IMG/VR virus record: IMGVR_UViG_2716884754_000002
Coordinates: 2,917-66,916 of that record
Length of the DNA stretch: 64,000 bases
Strand: one strand, 5' to 3'
Source of the DNA: a virus
Part shown: positions 39,989-49,545 of the stretch, in pieces
How positions within the stretch are numbered: the stretch's first letter is position 1
Layout: each line of letters opens with the position of its first letter
Program-made: the position numbers and the translations under genes
Notes under the pieces: generated by a model
Database searches by the model: none
What the model was told of the DNA's origin: nothing
The model's input: only the letters and a program-made list of their open reading frames with translations

Positions 39989-40807
39989 ATGATAAAAAAA
40001 TTATTTCACATTGCAGATTTACATTTTAGGACTTATAATAGACATAGTGAATGTAGAGAAGTCTGTAATAAATTCCTGAATGAAGTAAAATTCTATATGG
40101 AAGATAAAAACTTATCTTTTGAAGAATGTAGAATAGTAATTGCAGGAGATATAGTTCATCAGAAGATTACTATATCAAATGAATTAACAATGTTAGTTTC
40201 GTGGTTTCTTAATAAATGTAGTGAATTGTGTCCCGTAGTATTAATTGCAGGTAATCATGATTTATTGGAAAATAATAAAGATAGATTAGATTCACTTACA
40301 CCCATAATAGAGATAATGAATAATCCTTACGTAAGTTATTTAACTGAGAGTAAATGTTATTTAGACGAAAATATTGTTTGGTGTTGTTACTCCATCTTTG
40401 AAGAAAATGCAAGACCAGATATAGATGCCTGTCGTAAAGAGTATGGTGACGATAAAAAATATATAGGGTTGTTTCATGCACCAGTTAATGGGGCAATCAC
40501 TTCAGTAGGATTTGAATTTGAAGAATCAGTAGAATTACAACAATTTGAAGGGTGTGATGCGGTTATTATGGGAGATATACATCATAGGCAAAATTTTGTA
40601 CATAAAGGTATAAATATCACATATAGTGGTAGCTTCATCCAACAAGATTTTGGTGAAAGAGTTTCAGAACATGGATATCTTATTTGGGATGTAGAACACT
40701 TAGATTATACCGAACATGATATTGATACGGAATATGGTTACTATGTATTCAAAATAAATTCTTTAGAAGATTTAGATATCGGTAAAGAATATCTAACTAA
40801 TTCTTAA
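39989..40807 (+). CDS. sbcD: SbcD/Mre11-like metallophosphoesterase nuclease
   Basis: HIADLH, IAGDIVH, AGNHD, FHAP and MGDIHH motifs. Confidence 0.88.
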   Translation: MIKKLFHIADLHFRTYNRHSECREVCNKFLNEVKFYMEDKNLSFEECRIVIAGDIVHQKITISNELTMLVSWFLNKCSELCPVVLIAGNHDLLENNKDRLDSLTPIIEIMNNPYVSYLTESKCYLDENIVWCCYSIFEENARPDIDACRKEYGDDKKYIGLFHAPVNGAITSVGFEFEESVELQQFEGCDAVIMGDIHHRQNFVHKGINITYSGSFIQQDFGERVSEHGYLIWDVEHLDYTEHDIDTEYGYYVFKINSLEDLDIGKEYLTNS

Positions 40808-41469
40808 TGAGAGTCCCAAAAAAAATAAGAGACGAGATTAAAAAATTTTGTGAATTAAACAGTATTGATGATATTGATAAGTTCATCGTAAAAAACATTG
40901 AAACCGGATTTAATATTGAAAAGTATGGTAACGCACCTTTTATACAAGAAGTGGTGGTAGAAAAAGAAGTAGTTAAAGAAGTAGTTAAAGAAGTACCGGT
41001 AGAGGTGGAGGTAATTAAAGTTGAAGAAAAAATAGTCGAGAGGGAAATACCAATAGAAAAAGAAGTAATTAAAGAGATTACTGTAGAAAAAGAAGTGTAT
41101 ATTACTGATAATAAAGAGGTAGAAAAATTAGCATCTAAAATTATAGATTTAGAAGAAAAAATATTAAAAGAGAAAAAAAATAATACTTCTTTGCAAAATA
41201 AATTAAACAAAATAGAAAAAACTTATACAATAAAAGAGACAGAAAATTTAAACAAAGAGGAATCTATTAGTAAATTAAATATTGAGATTAAGAAAAAGGA
41301 TAAAAAAATAAAAGAATTAAAAAATGAAGTGGTTGATTTAGAAAAAGAAATTACGGATTTAAAAAATAAAGGTTTGGGTAATAAAGGTAGACCTATTAGA
41401 GACATTTATGATGAAGAACCTTTTAGTAAAGGTGGACATTGGGGATCTAATCTTAAAGATAAAAAATAA
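40807..41469 (+). CDS. V/E/K-repeat coiled-coil protein
   Basis: EVVVEKEVVKEVVKEVPVEVEVIKVEEKIVEREIPIEKEVIKEITVEKEV followed by heptads. Confidence 0.7.
   Translation: MRVPKKIRDEIKKFCELNSIDDIDKFIVKNIETGFNIEKYGNAPFIQEVVVEKEVVKEVVKEVPVEVEVIKVEEKIVEREIPIEKEVIKEITVEKEVYITDNKEVEKLASKIIDLEEKILKEKKNNTSLQNKLNKIEKTYTIKETENLNKEESISKLNIEIKKKDKKIKELKNEVVDLEKEITDLKNKGLGNKGRPIRDIYDEEPFSKGGHWGSNLKDKK
40966..40995 (+). repeat. in-frame 12-bp tandem repeat (about 2.5 copies)
   Basis: GAAGTAGTTAAA x2 plus GAAGTA, encoding EVVK-EVVK-EV. Confidence 0.8.
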
Positions 41470-41474
41470 TAAAT

Positions 41475-43856
41475 ATGGAAAATCAATTTGAAGTGGTTAG
41501 AACAAAAAAAATAGTAGAAGTTCCGAGTAACGCACAAATAAGGGTAGATTGGCAAGATTACCCTGAAAATAGAACATTAGAAACGATCAATAGAGTTAAA
41601 ACTTATTTTTCGGATAAGTATGGTTTACCTAAATCATCCATCAAAATTAATTTTATACCGATTTTAAAAAATAGTGTGGGTAAAGTAGTAGACATCACCG
41701 ATGGATTGATAGATAATATAATGGACACCGCATATCAAAGAAAATTATTTACTCAGTGGTTAGAAATAAATGGAGTTGATATAGATTTTGATCGGTTATG
41801 TAGATTAGACGAAAAAGTTAATGATGTATTAGTAAATTTAGGAGAAGAAGATATAAGATATAGGAGATGGAGTATAAATAGGTTATGGATTGATAATTTT
41901 TTATCTTTTGGTGGTGATAACATAGTGGATTATAATAATCTTAAAGGGTTAACTATAGTGAATTCATTACCAGCCAATCAAGGTGGTAAAACAATTTTTA
42001 GTATTGATTCTTTACTATTCTTATTTTTTGGTAAGACAACTAAAACTGATACTGCCGCTGAAATATTTAATACATTTACTGATAAAAACGAAGTGGTAGT
42101 GGGAGGCGAAATCAATATTGATGGTGAAGAATATATTATTGAACGTAAATTATTTAGGAAAAAAACTAAAACAGGTAATTATAAAACATCTTCTGAATTA
42201 AATTTCTATAGAGTTTTATCAGATGGTAGTCACGAAAATTTAGAGGGTGAACAACGAAGAGAAACTGATAAATTAATTAGTGAAACTATAGGTACGTTTG
42301 ATGATTTTATGTTAACTATTGTTGCAACTGCAAAAAATTTAGAAGATTTATTAGAAACCAAACCAACACAAAGAGGAAGGTTGTTAACTAAATTTATTGG
42401 TTTAGAAATTATTGAGAAAAAAGAAGAAATTAATAAGGGTTTAATGTCTGATTTCAAAAGTAAAATGAAATCAAATATTCATAATACTAAAGAATTAGAA
42501 TTTGAAATTGATGATAATTTAGACAAAATAAAAGAAAATAAAAATACAATAAAAGAAAATAATAATAAATTATTAAAAATAGATGAAGAGATCGCTGAAG
42601 CCAATAATAAAAAAGAAGTGTTATTATCAGAAAAATATGTTATTGATGATGAAGTAAGTAGTGTAAACCCTAAAACTTTAAAGGACGAAATAGGTTCATT
42701 AACAGAAGAGGGTGTAACTAAGAAAAAATCTTTAGATAAGATAGTAAAAGATATTAGTAAGATAGGTAAGGTGGAGTATGATGAAGATACTCATGAAGAA
42801 TTGAGACTGGAAGAAAAAGATTTATTGTTGAGAGAAAGTAAAGAGGAGAGTAATAAAGAAAGAAAAGAGTTATTAATTAAGAATTTAGAAGAGGGTGAAA
42901 CATGTCCTACATGTAAAAGAGCGTTAGATGATGTAGATCATAGTAAAGAGATAAAAGCGGAAAAGGAAAATTTAAAAACCATCAAAGGTTTAATAAAAGA
43001 AATACAAAAAGATTTAGGGATAACAATTAAGTCTTTAGATAAACAAAACAACCTAAAAAATATTTCTGATGAAAAAGATAAATTAGAACTAAGTAGAGAT
43101 AGATTAGAAGTAGAGATAGAAGGTTTAAGGGTAGATTTAAAAGAAAAAATGAATCTACAAAAGAACTATGAACGTAATATTGAGTATATTGAAAAGAATA
43201 GAAACTTAGAAAGTAAAATATTGGGGTACAATCAACTCTTAGAGAAGTTAAATAAAAAAAGAGATAGTGTTAGAAATGAAATACAAGACTTAAAAAATGA
43301 TAATAAAGTTAAAAAAGAAATAAACACCAAAAACAAACTATTAATTCAACAAATATTGAGAGAAGAGGAAGTATTAAAAATATTTGAAATATATAATAGG
43401 ATGATTGGTAAAAACGGTATATCTAAGTTGGTTTTATCTTCAGTAATACCTATTATAAATTATGAGTTAGATAGGTTATTAGATGAAGTATGTGATTTTC
43501 AAATACAATTAGAGATTAATGATAAAAATGAAGTAGATTTTAATATAGTTAAAAAAGACGTAACCAAAAAGTTAAAATCAGGATCAGGATTAGAAACAAC
43601 GTTAGCATCTTTAGCACTTAGATGTGTATTAGGTAGAATTTCTACGCTACCAAAACCAAATATTATCGTCTTTGATGAGGTGTTAGGTAAAGTTGCGAAT
43701 ATAAATTTAGATTATGTTAAAATATTTTTTGATAAGATAAAAAAGATGTATGAGGTGATTTTACTCATAACACATAACCCTATCACGCAAGATTGGGGTG
43801 ACAAAATTATCACTATTGAAAAAAATAATGACGTTTCGTCATTGCAAATCAAATAA
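41475..43856 (+). CDS. sbcC: SbcC/Rad50-like SMC ATPase
   Basis: Walker A NQGGKT, zinc hook CPTC, signature GSGLE, Walker B IVFDEVLG and LITHN. Confidence 0.92.
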   Translation: MENQFEVVRTKKIVEVPSNAQIRVDWQDYPENRTLETINRVKTYFSDKYGLPKSSIKINFIPILKNSVGKVVDITDGLIDNIMDTAYQRKLFTQWLEINGVDIDFDRLCRLDEKVNDVLVNLGEEDIRYRRWSINRLWIDNFLSFGGDNIVDYNNLKGLTIVNSLPANQGGKTIFSIDSLLFLFFGKTTKTDTAAEIFNTFTDKNEVVVGGEINIDGEEYIIERKLFRKKTKTGNYKTSSELNFYRVLSDGSHENLEGEQRRETDKLISETIGTFDDFMLTIVATAKNLEDLLETKPTQRGRLLTKFIGLEIIEKKEEINKGLMSDFKSKMKSNIHNTKELEFEIDDNLDKIKENKNTIKENNNKLLKIDEEIAEANNKKEVLLSEKYVIDDEVSSVNPKTLKDEIGSLTEEGVTKKKSLDKIVKDISKIGKVEYDEDTHEELRLEEKDLLLRESKEESNKERKELLIKNLEEGETCPTCKRALDDVDHSKEIKAEKENLKTIKGLIKEIQKDLGITIKSLDKQNNLKNISDEKDKLELSRDRLEVEIEGLRVDLKEKMNLQKNYERNIEYIEKNRNLESKILGYNQLLEKLNKKRDSVRNEIQDLKNDNKVKKEINTKNKLLIQQILREEEVLKIFEIYNRMIGKNGISKLVLSSVIPIINYELDRLLDEVCDFQIQLEINDKNEVDFNIVKKDVTKKLKSGSGLETTLASLALRCVLGRISTLPKPNIIVFDEVLGKVANINLDYVKIFFDKIKKMYEVILLITHNPITQDWGDKIITIEKNNDVSSLQIK

Positions 43857-43871
43857 TTTGCCGTATATTTG
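43842..43871 (+). promoter_or_regulatory. Bacteroidota-type promoter
   Basis: TTG-N19-TATATTTG upstream of the 43931/sigma operon. Confidence 0.5.
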
Positions 43872-43902
43872 TAAAAATTGGGTAATGGTACTTAATTTGT
43901 TA

Positions 43903-43910
43903 ATATTTAT
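43903..43910 (+). promoter_or_regulatory. ATATTTAT motif
   Basis: Exact 8-mer upstream of 43931, tandem with a host-type promoter. Confidence 0.5.
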
Positions 43911-43930
43911 AAAAAGGAAATAGTTTTAAT

Positions 43931-44434
43931 ATGGGAGAAAGTATAATACTAAAAAATTATTGTCTAATAGGTTTAGATGAAATAACAGAAATCCAACAAG
44001 ATTTAGAATATATATCGGAGAGTGTAGTTAATTATGCCACAGGTGATAGTTTAATTATTGCAACATTTAAATCTTCTTTAAACATCATAGAGTTGGAAGA
44101 TTTTTTAAATACACACCAAAGAGCTTATATTGTGTTTGAAATGTTACCCGCCACATATTCAGCTAATTTAATGTTAGAAAAGTTTCAAAAGGCGTTATTT
44201 GGTGGTAAAATAGATAATACTGAATTCTTACCTTTATTTCAGGTAAGAAATAATATGGAAGGTGTTTTAGGACAAATGTTAGAGGAGGAACGTTTTGATA
44301 AAAGAAATATACAAGACATCCAACCCATAAAACCTACGATGGATGAATTATTAGACAAAATTGGGAAGGTAGGTTTAGAAAATTTAAGTAGAATAGAAAA
44401 AGAATATTTAAAAGAATACTCAAATCAACAATAA
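43931..44434 (+). CDS. hypothetical protein with C-terminal DUF6576-like helical motif
   Basis: TMDELLDKIGKVGLENLSRIEKEYL resembles the ILDKIxxxGxxSLTxxEK motif of Bacteroidota proteins. Confidence 0.6.
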   Translation: MGESIILKNYCLIGLDEITEIQQDLEYISESVVNYATGDSLIIATFKSSLNIIELEDFLNTHQRAYIVFEMLPATYSANLMLEKFQKALFGGKIDNTEFLPLFQVRNNMEGVLGQMLEEERFDKRNIQDIQPIKPTMDELLDKIGKVGLENLSRIEKEYLKEYSNQQ

Positions 44435-44444
44435 AAAAAACAAC

Positions 44445-45278
44445 ATGAATAAGAAATTTATAAATACTAAAGAAGATTCTATGTCCATTTACTTAAAGGA
44501 TGTAAGAAAAAGTGAACAAATAACACCACAACAAGAAGTAGAAATCGCTAAAAGAATATCAGAAGGGGATGAGAGTGCAATTGAAGAATTGGTTATGGCT
44601 AATTTAAGATTCGTTATAGCAATAGCAAAAGATTATCAAAATCAAGGGTTACCATTGGCAGATTTAATATCTGAAGGTAACTATGGGTTGATTACTGCAG
44701 CTAAGAGATTTGACTATACTAAAGGTTTTAAATTCATTTCTTATGCGGTTTGGTGGATAAAACAATCTATTTTACAATCATTAAATGATAATTCTAGGAT
44801 GGTTAGAATACCGGCTAATATGATTAATAAACTATCTAAAATAAAAAAAGAAATTGAGGCATTTGAGAAGGAATTTCAGAGACCACCTTCTCCCAATGAA
44901 GTAGAGTATATTTCTATACCCACATGTAGTTCTTTGAATAACACAATAAATGAAGATGGTGATGAATTAGGTTCACTAATTAGAGATAACACCTTTGCTA
45001 GTCCTGATAAAGTGATTGACCCAAACGACACTTTAAACGGACAGTTAATGAATGTAATGTCTATATTAAGTTATAGAGAAAGAGAAATAATTAATTGTTA
45101 TTTTGGTATATTTGGTAGTCCTATGACATTAGAAGCTATAGGCGAAGAATTAGAATTAACTAAAGAGAGAATTAGACAGATTAAAGAATCTGCAATTAGA
45201 AAAATAAGGCATAATGTGGGAGATTTATTAGATTATGTTTTAGAAGAAGAACAAGAAAGTGGTATAAAAATCACTTAA
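44445..45278 (+). CDS. rpoD: RpoD/SigA-like sigma-70 factor of Bacteroidota type (no region 1.1)
   Basis: ANLRFVIAIAKDYQNQGL, DLISEGNYGL, GFKFISYAVWWIKQSILQ and LTKERIRQIKESAIRK motifs. Confidence 0.92.
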   Translation: MNKKFINTKEDSMSIYLKDVRKSEQITPQQEVEIAKRISEGDESAIEELVMANLRFVIAIAKDYQNQGLPLADLISEGNYGLITAAKRFDYTKGFKFISYAVWWIKQSILQSLNDNSRMVRIPANMINKLSKIKKEIEAFEKEFQRPPSPNEVEYISIPTCSSLNNTINEDGDELGSLIRDNTFASPDKVIDPNDTLNGQLMNVMSILSYREREIINCYFGIFGSPMTLEAIGEELELTKERIRQIKESAIRKIRHNVGDLLDYVLEEEQESGIKIT

Positions 45279-45299
45279 TATTAGAAAAAAAATACATTT

Positions 45300-45324
45300 A
45301 AGGGGGTTTTTACCCCCTTTTTTT
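45300..45324 (+). terminator. intrinsic terminator
   Basis: AAGGGGGT-TTTT-ACCCCCTT followed by a T run, after the sigma gene. Confidence 0.85.
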
Positions 45325-45363
45325 ATACACTTTTTTGTGTTTTGGTATTATTTATTATTAACG

Positions 45364-45371
45364 ATATTTAT
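45364..45371 (+). promoter_or_regulatory. ATATTTAT motif
   Basis: Exact 8-mer after the terminator, heading the 45400-49909 operon. Confidence 0.6.
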
Positions 45372-45399
45372 ATAATATAAAAGTTAAAAAAAATAAGTT

Positions 45400-45702
45400 A
45401 TGAATCAAATATTAAATTTTATTGACAAATGGGGTGTAAGAATTACCTTTTTATTAACATTAGTAATATTCTTAAAGACTTGTGGTACTAACACTAAAAT
45501 AGAAAAGGTGCAAAAACAAGTTACCCAACAAACTAATAAATTAGATAGTACAATAGTGGAGATTAATAATAAAACTATTACTACTGAGGAATTAATTACA
45601 CTAATTAAAGAAACCCCAAATTGGAAAACTTTAGAATTAGAAGAGTTATCAGATAAAAATAGAATTCCTATTAATAAATTAAAAAACGATAACGAAAAGT
45701 AA
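45400..45702 (+). CDS. small membrane-anchored or lipoprotein-like protein
   Basis: Hydrophobic ITFLLTLVIFLKTC followed by a coiled region. Confidence 0.6.
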   Translation: MNQILNFIDKWGVRITFLLTLVIFLKTCGTNTKIEKVQKQVTQQTNKLDSTIVEINNKTITTEELITLIKETPNWKTLELEELSDKNRIPINKLKNDNEK

Positions 45703-45714
45703 AATAAATCTATT

Positions 45715-46617
45715 ATGGGACTAATTGGAAGTTGGATTAAAAACAATCCTATACGTACACTGTTTTTGATACCGATTATACTTGTTGCTGCGATTTCAAT
45801 ATCGCATGTTGTGACATGGTATAGTATCGCAAACCCAATTAATTGGGCAATTTATCTATCAATTGCAATTGAAGTCGGTGCGATGACGGCATTAGTTGCT
45901 GCAACAAATAGAGTGAAAGGTGGTGTTTGGTTTATGTTTGGATTAGTCACATTTATCCAAATGGTGGGAAATATATATTTTTCTTTTAAGGAAATTGATG
46001 AAACTGGGGAGTTATGGTACTCGTGGATAGAATTAACTACACCTGTATGGGAAATGATGGGTACAGAATTAACTGATACAGTATCTCTTAAACGGTGGTT
46101 AGCATTTTTAGAAGGTGGTTTATTACCTATAATTTCACTAACTTCTTTACATTTTTTCGTTAAATATAATAAAGTAGAAGATGAAGAAAAAGAAGAAAAT
46201 CAAGAAATAGATATGGATAAAATGAGGCAAGAAATAAAAGAAGAATTATTAGTTGAACTTTTACGAAAAGAAACTGCAATTAAAGAAGAAACTAATGAAG
46301 AAGAATCTACTACAACACCAACAGAAGTTGAAGTGGATGAAACTGATTATTTATTATCCTCCGAAGCCAATAAAACTAATTTGGAAGAATCTATTGAACA
46401 AGCCGAAGAAATAAAAGATTTGTATGGCGAAAATAAAAGTGAAGGAGAAATTGTAGAAGAAGAGATTTTAAAAAAAGCATTAGATGAGTATAATGAAAAA
46501 AAAAGTGGTGAAACTAAAACAACAGTAGTTAAAAATTCGCCAACTGTAATACAAACACAAACCGGTAAAGTTAAATTTAAAAAAGCAATTTCTAAAAATA
46601 TACAAAGAATAGATTAA
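45715..46617 (+). CDS. multi-pass membrane protein with acidic cytoplasmic tail (holin candidate)
   Basis: About four hydrophobic segments in the N-terminal half and an E/K-rich C-terminus; adjacent to cell-wall hydrolases. Confidence 0.55.
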   Translation: MGLIGSWIKNNPIRTLFLIPIILVAAISISHVVTWYSIANPINWAIYLSIAIEVGAMTALVAATNRVKGGVWFMFGLVTFIQMVGNIYFSFKEIDETGELWYSWIELTTPVWEMMGTELTDTVSLKRWLAFLEGGLLPIISLTSLHFFVKYNKVEDEEKEENQEIDMDKMRQEIKEELLVELLRKETAIKEETNEEESTTTPTEVEVDETDYLLSSEANKTNLEESIEQAEEIKDLYGENKSEGEIVEEEILKKALDEYNEKKSGETKTTVVKNSPTVIQTQTGKVKFKKAISKNIQRID

Positions 46618-47225
46618 TGGTTATAGATGAAAATACATATAAATTAAAGGAGGACAATTTTTATAATAAATCTTTTGATAAAAATCAAATTGTTATTGGA
46701 AATTCTTTTTCTCATAGTTTAAATCATTTCACTGGTTGGTTAAATAGATTAGATGGGGAATATAAAGAAACTGCACATTATACAATTACTAGAAAAGGAG
46801 AAATATATCAACATTTCGATACTAATAATTACTCTAATTTTGTAAATGAAAAAAGGGTTGATAAAAAAATTATTTCTATAGTATTAGAGAATTTAGGGTG
46901 GTTAAAAAAAGATTTGAAGGCAGACAAGTACATTGACTGGGTAGGTAATATTTATAAAAGAAGGGTTAAAGTTTTAGAAAAGAGATGGAGAGGACAACAA
47001 TATTGGGATCCATATACACCAAAACAATTTAATACTACAGTTAAGTTAGTTAAGTTTTTGTGTAATAAATACGATATTGATAATAAATGTGTAGGGCATA
47101 ATACATTTATTAAAGATATTGAGGATTTTAAAGGAGTTGTTTATCGAAGTAATTATTATAAAGATAATACAGATGTTAATCCTTCTTGGAATTTTTATAA
47201 ATTTAAAGAAAAAATAGAAAAATAA
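46617..47225 (+). CDS. N-acetylmuramoyl-L-alanine amidase-like protein (Amidase_2 fold, possibly degenerate)
   Basis: TAHYTITRKGEIYQ, ISIVLENLG, YTPKQF...LVKFLC and CVGHN motifs. Confidence 0.7.
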   Translation: MVIDENTYKLKEDNFYNKSFDKNQIVIGNSFSHSLNHFTGWLNRLDGEYKETAHYTITRKGEIYQHFDTNNYSNFVNEKRVDKKIISIVLENLGWLKKDLKADKYIDWVGNIYKRRVKVLEKRWRGQQYWDPYTPKQFNTTVKLVKFLCNKYDIDNKCVGHNTFIKDIEDFKGVVYRSNYYKDNTDVNPSWNFYKFKEKIEK

Positions 47226-48622
47226 TGAAAAAACAACTAAAAGAGGAACTTAAAAGATTTAATCAGATATTAAATTATGAATTATCGGGTAATAATTTAA
47301 TAAGGGAATCTGTTAGTGTGTTTAGCGACGCAATAATTAATAAATTAACACCCTCTTTACCCCTTAATTCTGAAAGTGATGATGTAGAATCAATTACCCT
47401 TTTACAAAAAACTTTAGTAGATTTAGGTAAATTAAATAAAAATTATGGAATTGATGGGGACGGGGTTGACGGTGATTTTGGTGGTGACACTAAAAAGGCA
47501 TTATATAAAACAATAAAAAGTGAACAATTGAATGATATTAACATAGATGAGTTTGAAACGGTATTAGATGATAATTCGGACAAAATAGTTAATACGTTAG
47601 ATAATCATGCAGATTTCTTTAAAAGATATGTGAAACAAGGTGGTGTTAGTAAAGATAAATTTAAGAAATGTAAATCTATAACGTCATACAAAGATTTAGA
47701 TTTTGTCCCTAAAAAAAATATGTGCCATACGAGAACAACTATTGCAGAAACACTTAACGAGGTGTTTCCTAAAGAATCACCAATTAATAAGGCAGCCATT
47801 TTATCCGTTATGATAAAAGAACAGGGTAGGGGTAATAAGATTTGTGCACCAAACAATAATTATGCAGGTATACAAACCGATGCTGGAAGATGGGGAGATT
47901 TAGACGATAAAATAGATGCACAATTTTGTGCTAAAGACGCAGAAAGAGTCAGATCTTTTGCTTCATTTACTAGTTTAAGTAATGGTTTATCATTCATAAA
48001 AAAATCATTTGATAGAAAAAATTGGTTTGTTAAACTTTTAGTAGATAGTGATGATGAAAATGTAGAAACGGAAGAAGTAGATATAGAAAAAATTTCTAAA
48101 AATCATGCAATTATTTGGCAAACTAAATGGAATTTGAGTTTAAATAAAGAAGAATTTAATAGGTTTAAAAAATATGGATACAATCCTTATATGAAAAATA
48201 AATCCTTTGCAGATAAAAAAGGGATATATAAAAAATCTGTTAATGACTTAACTACAGAAGAAAAAAAACAACACGACAAAAAAGATAAATTTTACAGAAG
48301 TCCTGAAAAAATACAAAAAAGTTTAGACTCAGTAAGTAACCACTTTATGACTGCATATAATATATTTAAAGAATTGGGGGGTGAAGAACCTATAATTACA
48401 CAACCCGGAATTGATGATGAAATAGATATGGTAGTTGACTTACCACAAGTAACTATAACAACATCTAAAAATAGAGGTGGTGGTGGAACAATGTGGTTTG
48501 ACCCAGATGACTTCAAATCAAAGAAAGATACTATAATACCAAATATTTATGGTAGAGAGATAGATATAAAAAAGGGAGATATAGTTCCCGATCATTTAAG
48601 AAATGATGATGACGATTTTTAA
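47225..48622 (+). CDS. peptidoglycan-binding domain + GH73-like glycosidase
   Basis: LLQKTL...VDGDFGGDTKKAL (PG-binding); AAILSVMIKEQG...NNNYAGIQ...RSFASF (lysozyme-superfamily/GH73-like). Confidence 0.6.
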   Translation: MKKQLKEELKRFNQILNYELSGNNLIRESVSVFSDAIINKLTPSLPLNSESDDVESITLLQKTLVDLGKLNKNYGIDGDGVDGDFGGDTKKALYKTIKSEQLNDINIDEFETVLDDNSDKIVNTLDNHADFFKRYVKQGGVSKDKFKKCKSITSYKDLDFVPKKNMCHTRTTIAETLNEVFPKESPINKAAILSVMIKEQGRGNKICAPNNNYAGIQTDAGRWGDLDDKIDAQFCAKDAERVRSFASFTSLSNGLSFIKKSFDRKNWFVKLLVDSDDENVETEEVDIEKISKNHAIIWQTKWNLSLNKEEFNRFKKYGYNPYMKNKSFADKKGIYKKSVNDLTTEEKKQHDKKDKFYRSPEKIQKSLDSVSNHFMTAYNIFKELGGEEPIITQPGIDDEIDMVVDLPQVTITTSKNRGGGGTMWFDPDDFKSKKDTIIPNIYGREIDIKKGDIVPDHLRNDDDDF

Positions 48623-48635
48623 AAAATAAAAAGAT

Positions 48636-49172
48636 ATGAACCAACATGATGAAACAAGAAAAATATTAGAATTAATTAGAGAAAGTGGTAGAAAAGTATC
48701 TCCCACTAAAAAATTAATTAATGAGCAAGACATAAGCGCCCAAAAACAAGATGAAAATGCGTTAGACCCTACAGAAATTAGAGAACAAGAAAGGTTATTT
48801 AGGGATACTGTAACACAAAGAGTTAAATTTAATCAATTAAAATTATATCCTAAGGCTCAGAATGTAGAATGGAGTGGTAAGTTTACGGATAATGAAATTG
48901 AATGGTTTTATTCGTTAGATGATTCACAAGGGGTTTATATTACAACTGACTTATTACAACTTAGGGAGGATACAATGAAATTACTTCAAAAGTTAATAGG
49001 TTATTATAAAACATGGTCAGAAGATTGGGCAAAAAGAATTGCAGAAGAATATGAGAATGATTTGGTAGACGAAGAAAATGCTGAAGAAGGACCAGAAAGT
49101 TTAGAATCACCAGGATTTGGGGAAGAAGGAGGAGGTGAAACTATGCCACAAACCCCAACTACCGATGCTTAA
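48636..49172 (+). CDS. hypothetical protein with (I/L)-x-E leader
   Basis: ETRKILELIRES...KKLINEQ N-terminus and acidic tail. Confidence 0.7.
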   Translation: MNQHDETRKILELIRESGRKVSPTKKLINEQDISAQKQDENALDPTEIREQERLFRDTVTQRVKFNQLKLYPKAQNVEWSGKFTDNEIEWFYSLDDSQGVYITTDLLQLREDTMKLLQKLIGYYKTWSEDWAKRIAEEYENDLVDEENAEEGPESLESPGFGEEGGGETMPQTPTTDA

Positions 49173-49545
49173 AATTAATATAGACTTAAAGGCAATCTTA
49201 ATATTATCACTAGCCGTTGCACTGGTTTTAAGTTTAGTGTTTAGACCTAGTGTGCCTATAGAAGAATATGAGAAGGAGATTGAAATTTTAAAAAGACAAA
49301 ATCAAGAGTTGATGATGTCTAATGATAGTATTACTAAAGCAAATAATAAATTACAGAAAGAAATTGAAGTAATATTATATGCTATTGATAGTACTAAATC
49401 AGTTTTAGCTGCAACTGAACATAAATTAGAAGAATTAGAAAAAAGAAGAAATGAAGTATCTAATATCGTTGATAATATGGATAGCGATGACGTTACCAAT
49501 ACTATCTCAGACTATCTCAAAAGGAGAGGTCAAAACAATCGTTGA
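49165..49545 (+). CDS. N-terminally anchored coiled-coil protein (i-spanin candidate); track start 49117
   Basis: AILILSLAVALVLSLVF transmembrane segment followed by long heptads. Confidence 0.55.
   Translation: MLKINIDLKAILILSLAVALVLSLVFRPSVPIEEYEKEIEILKRQNQELMMSNDSITKANNKLQKEIEVILYAIDSTKSVLAATEHKLEELEKRRNEVSNIVDNMDSDDVTNTISDYLKRRGQNNR

Noticed and set aside
40966-40995. Short direct repeats as a possible CRISPR array
   Set aside because: They are in-frame 12-bp coding repeats without spacers; no repeat-spacer array was seen in the window.
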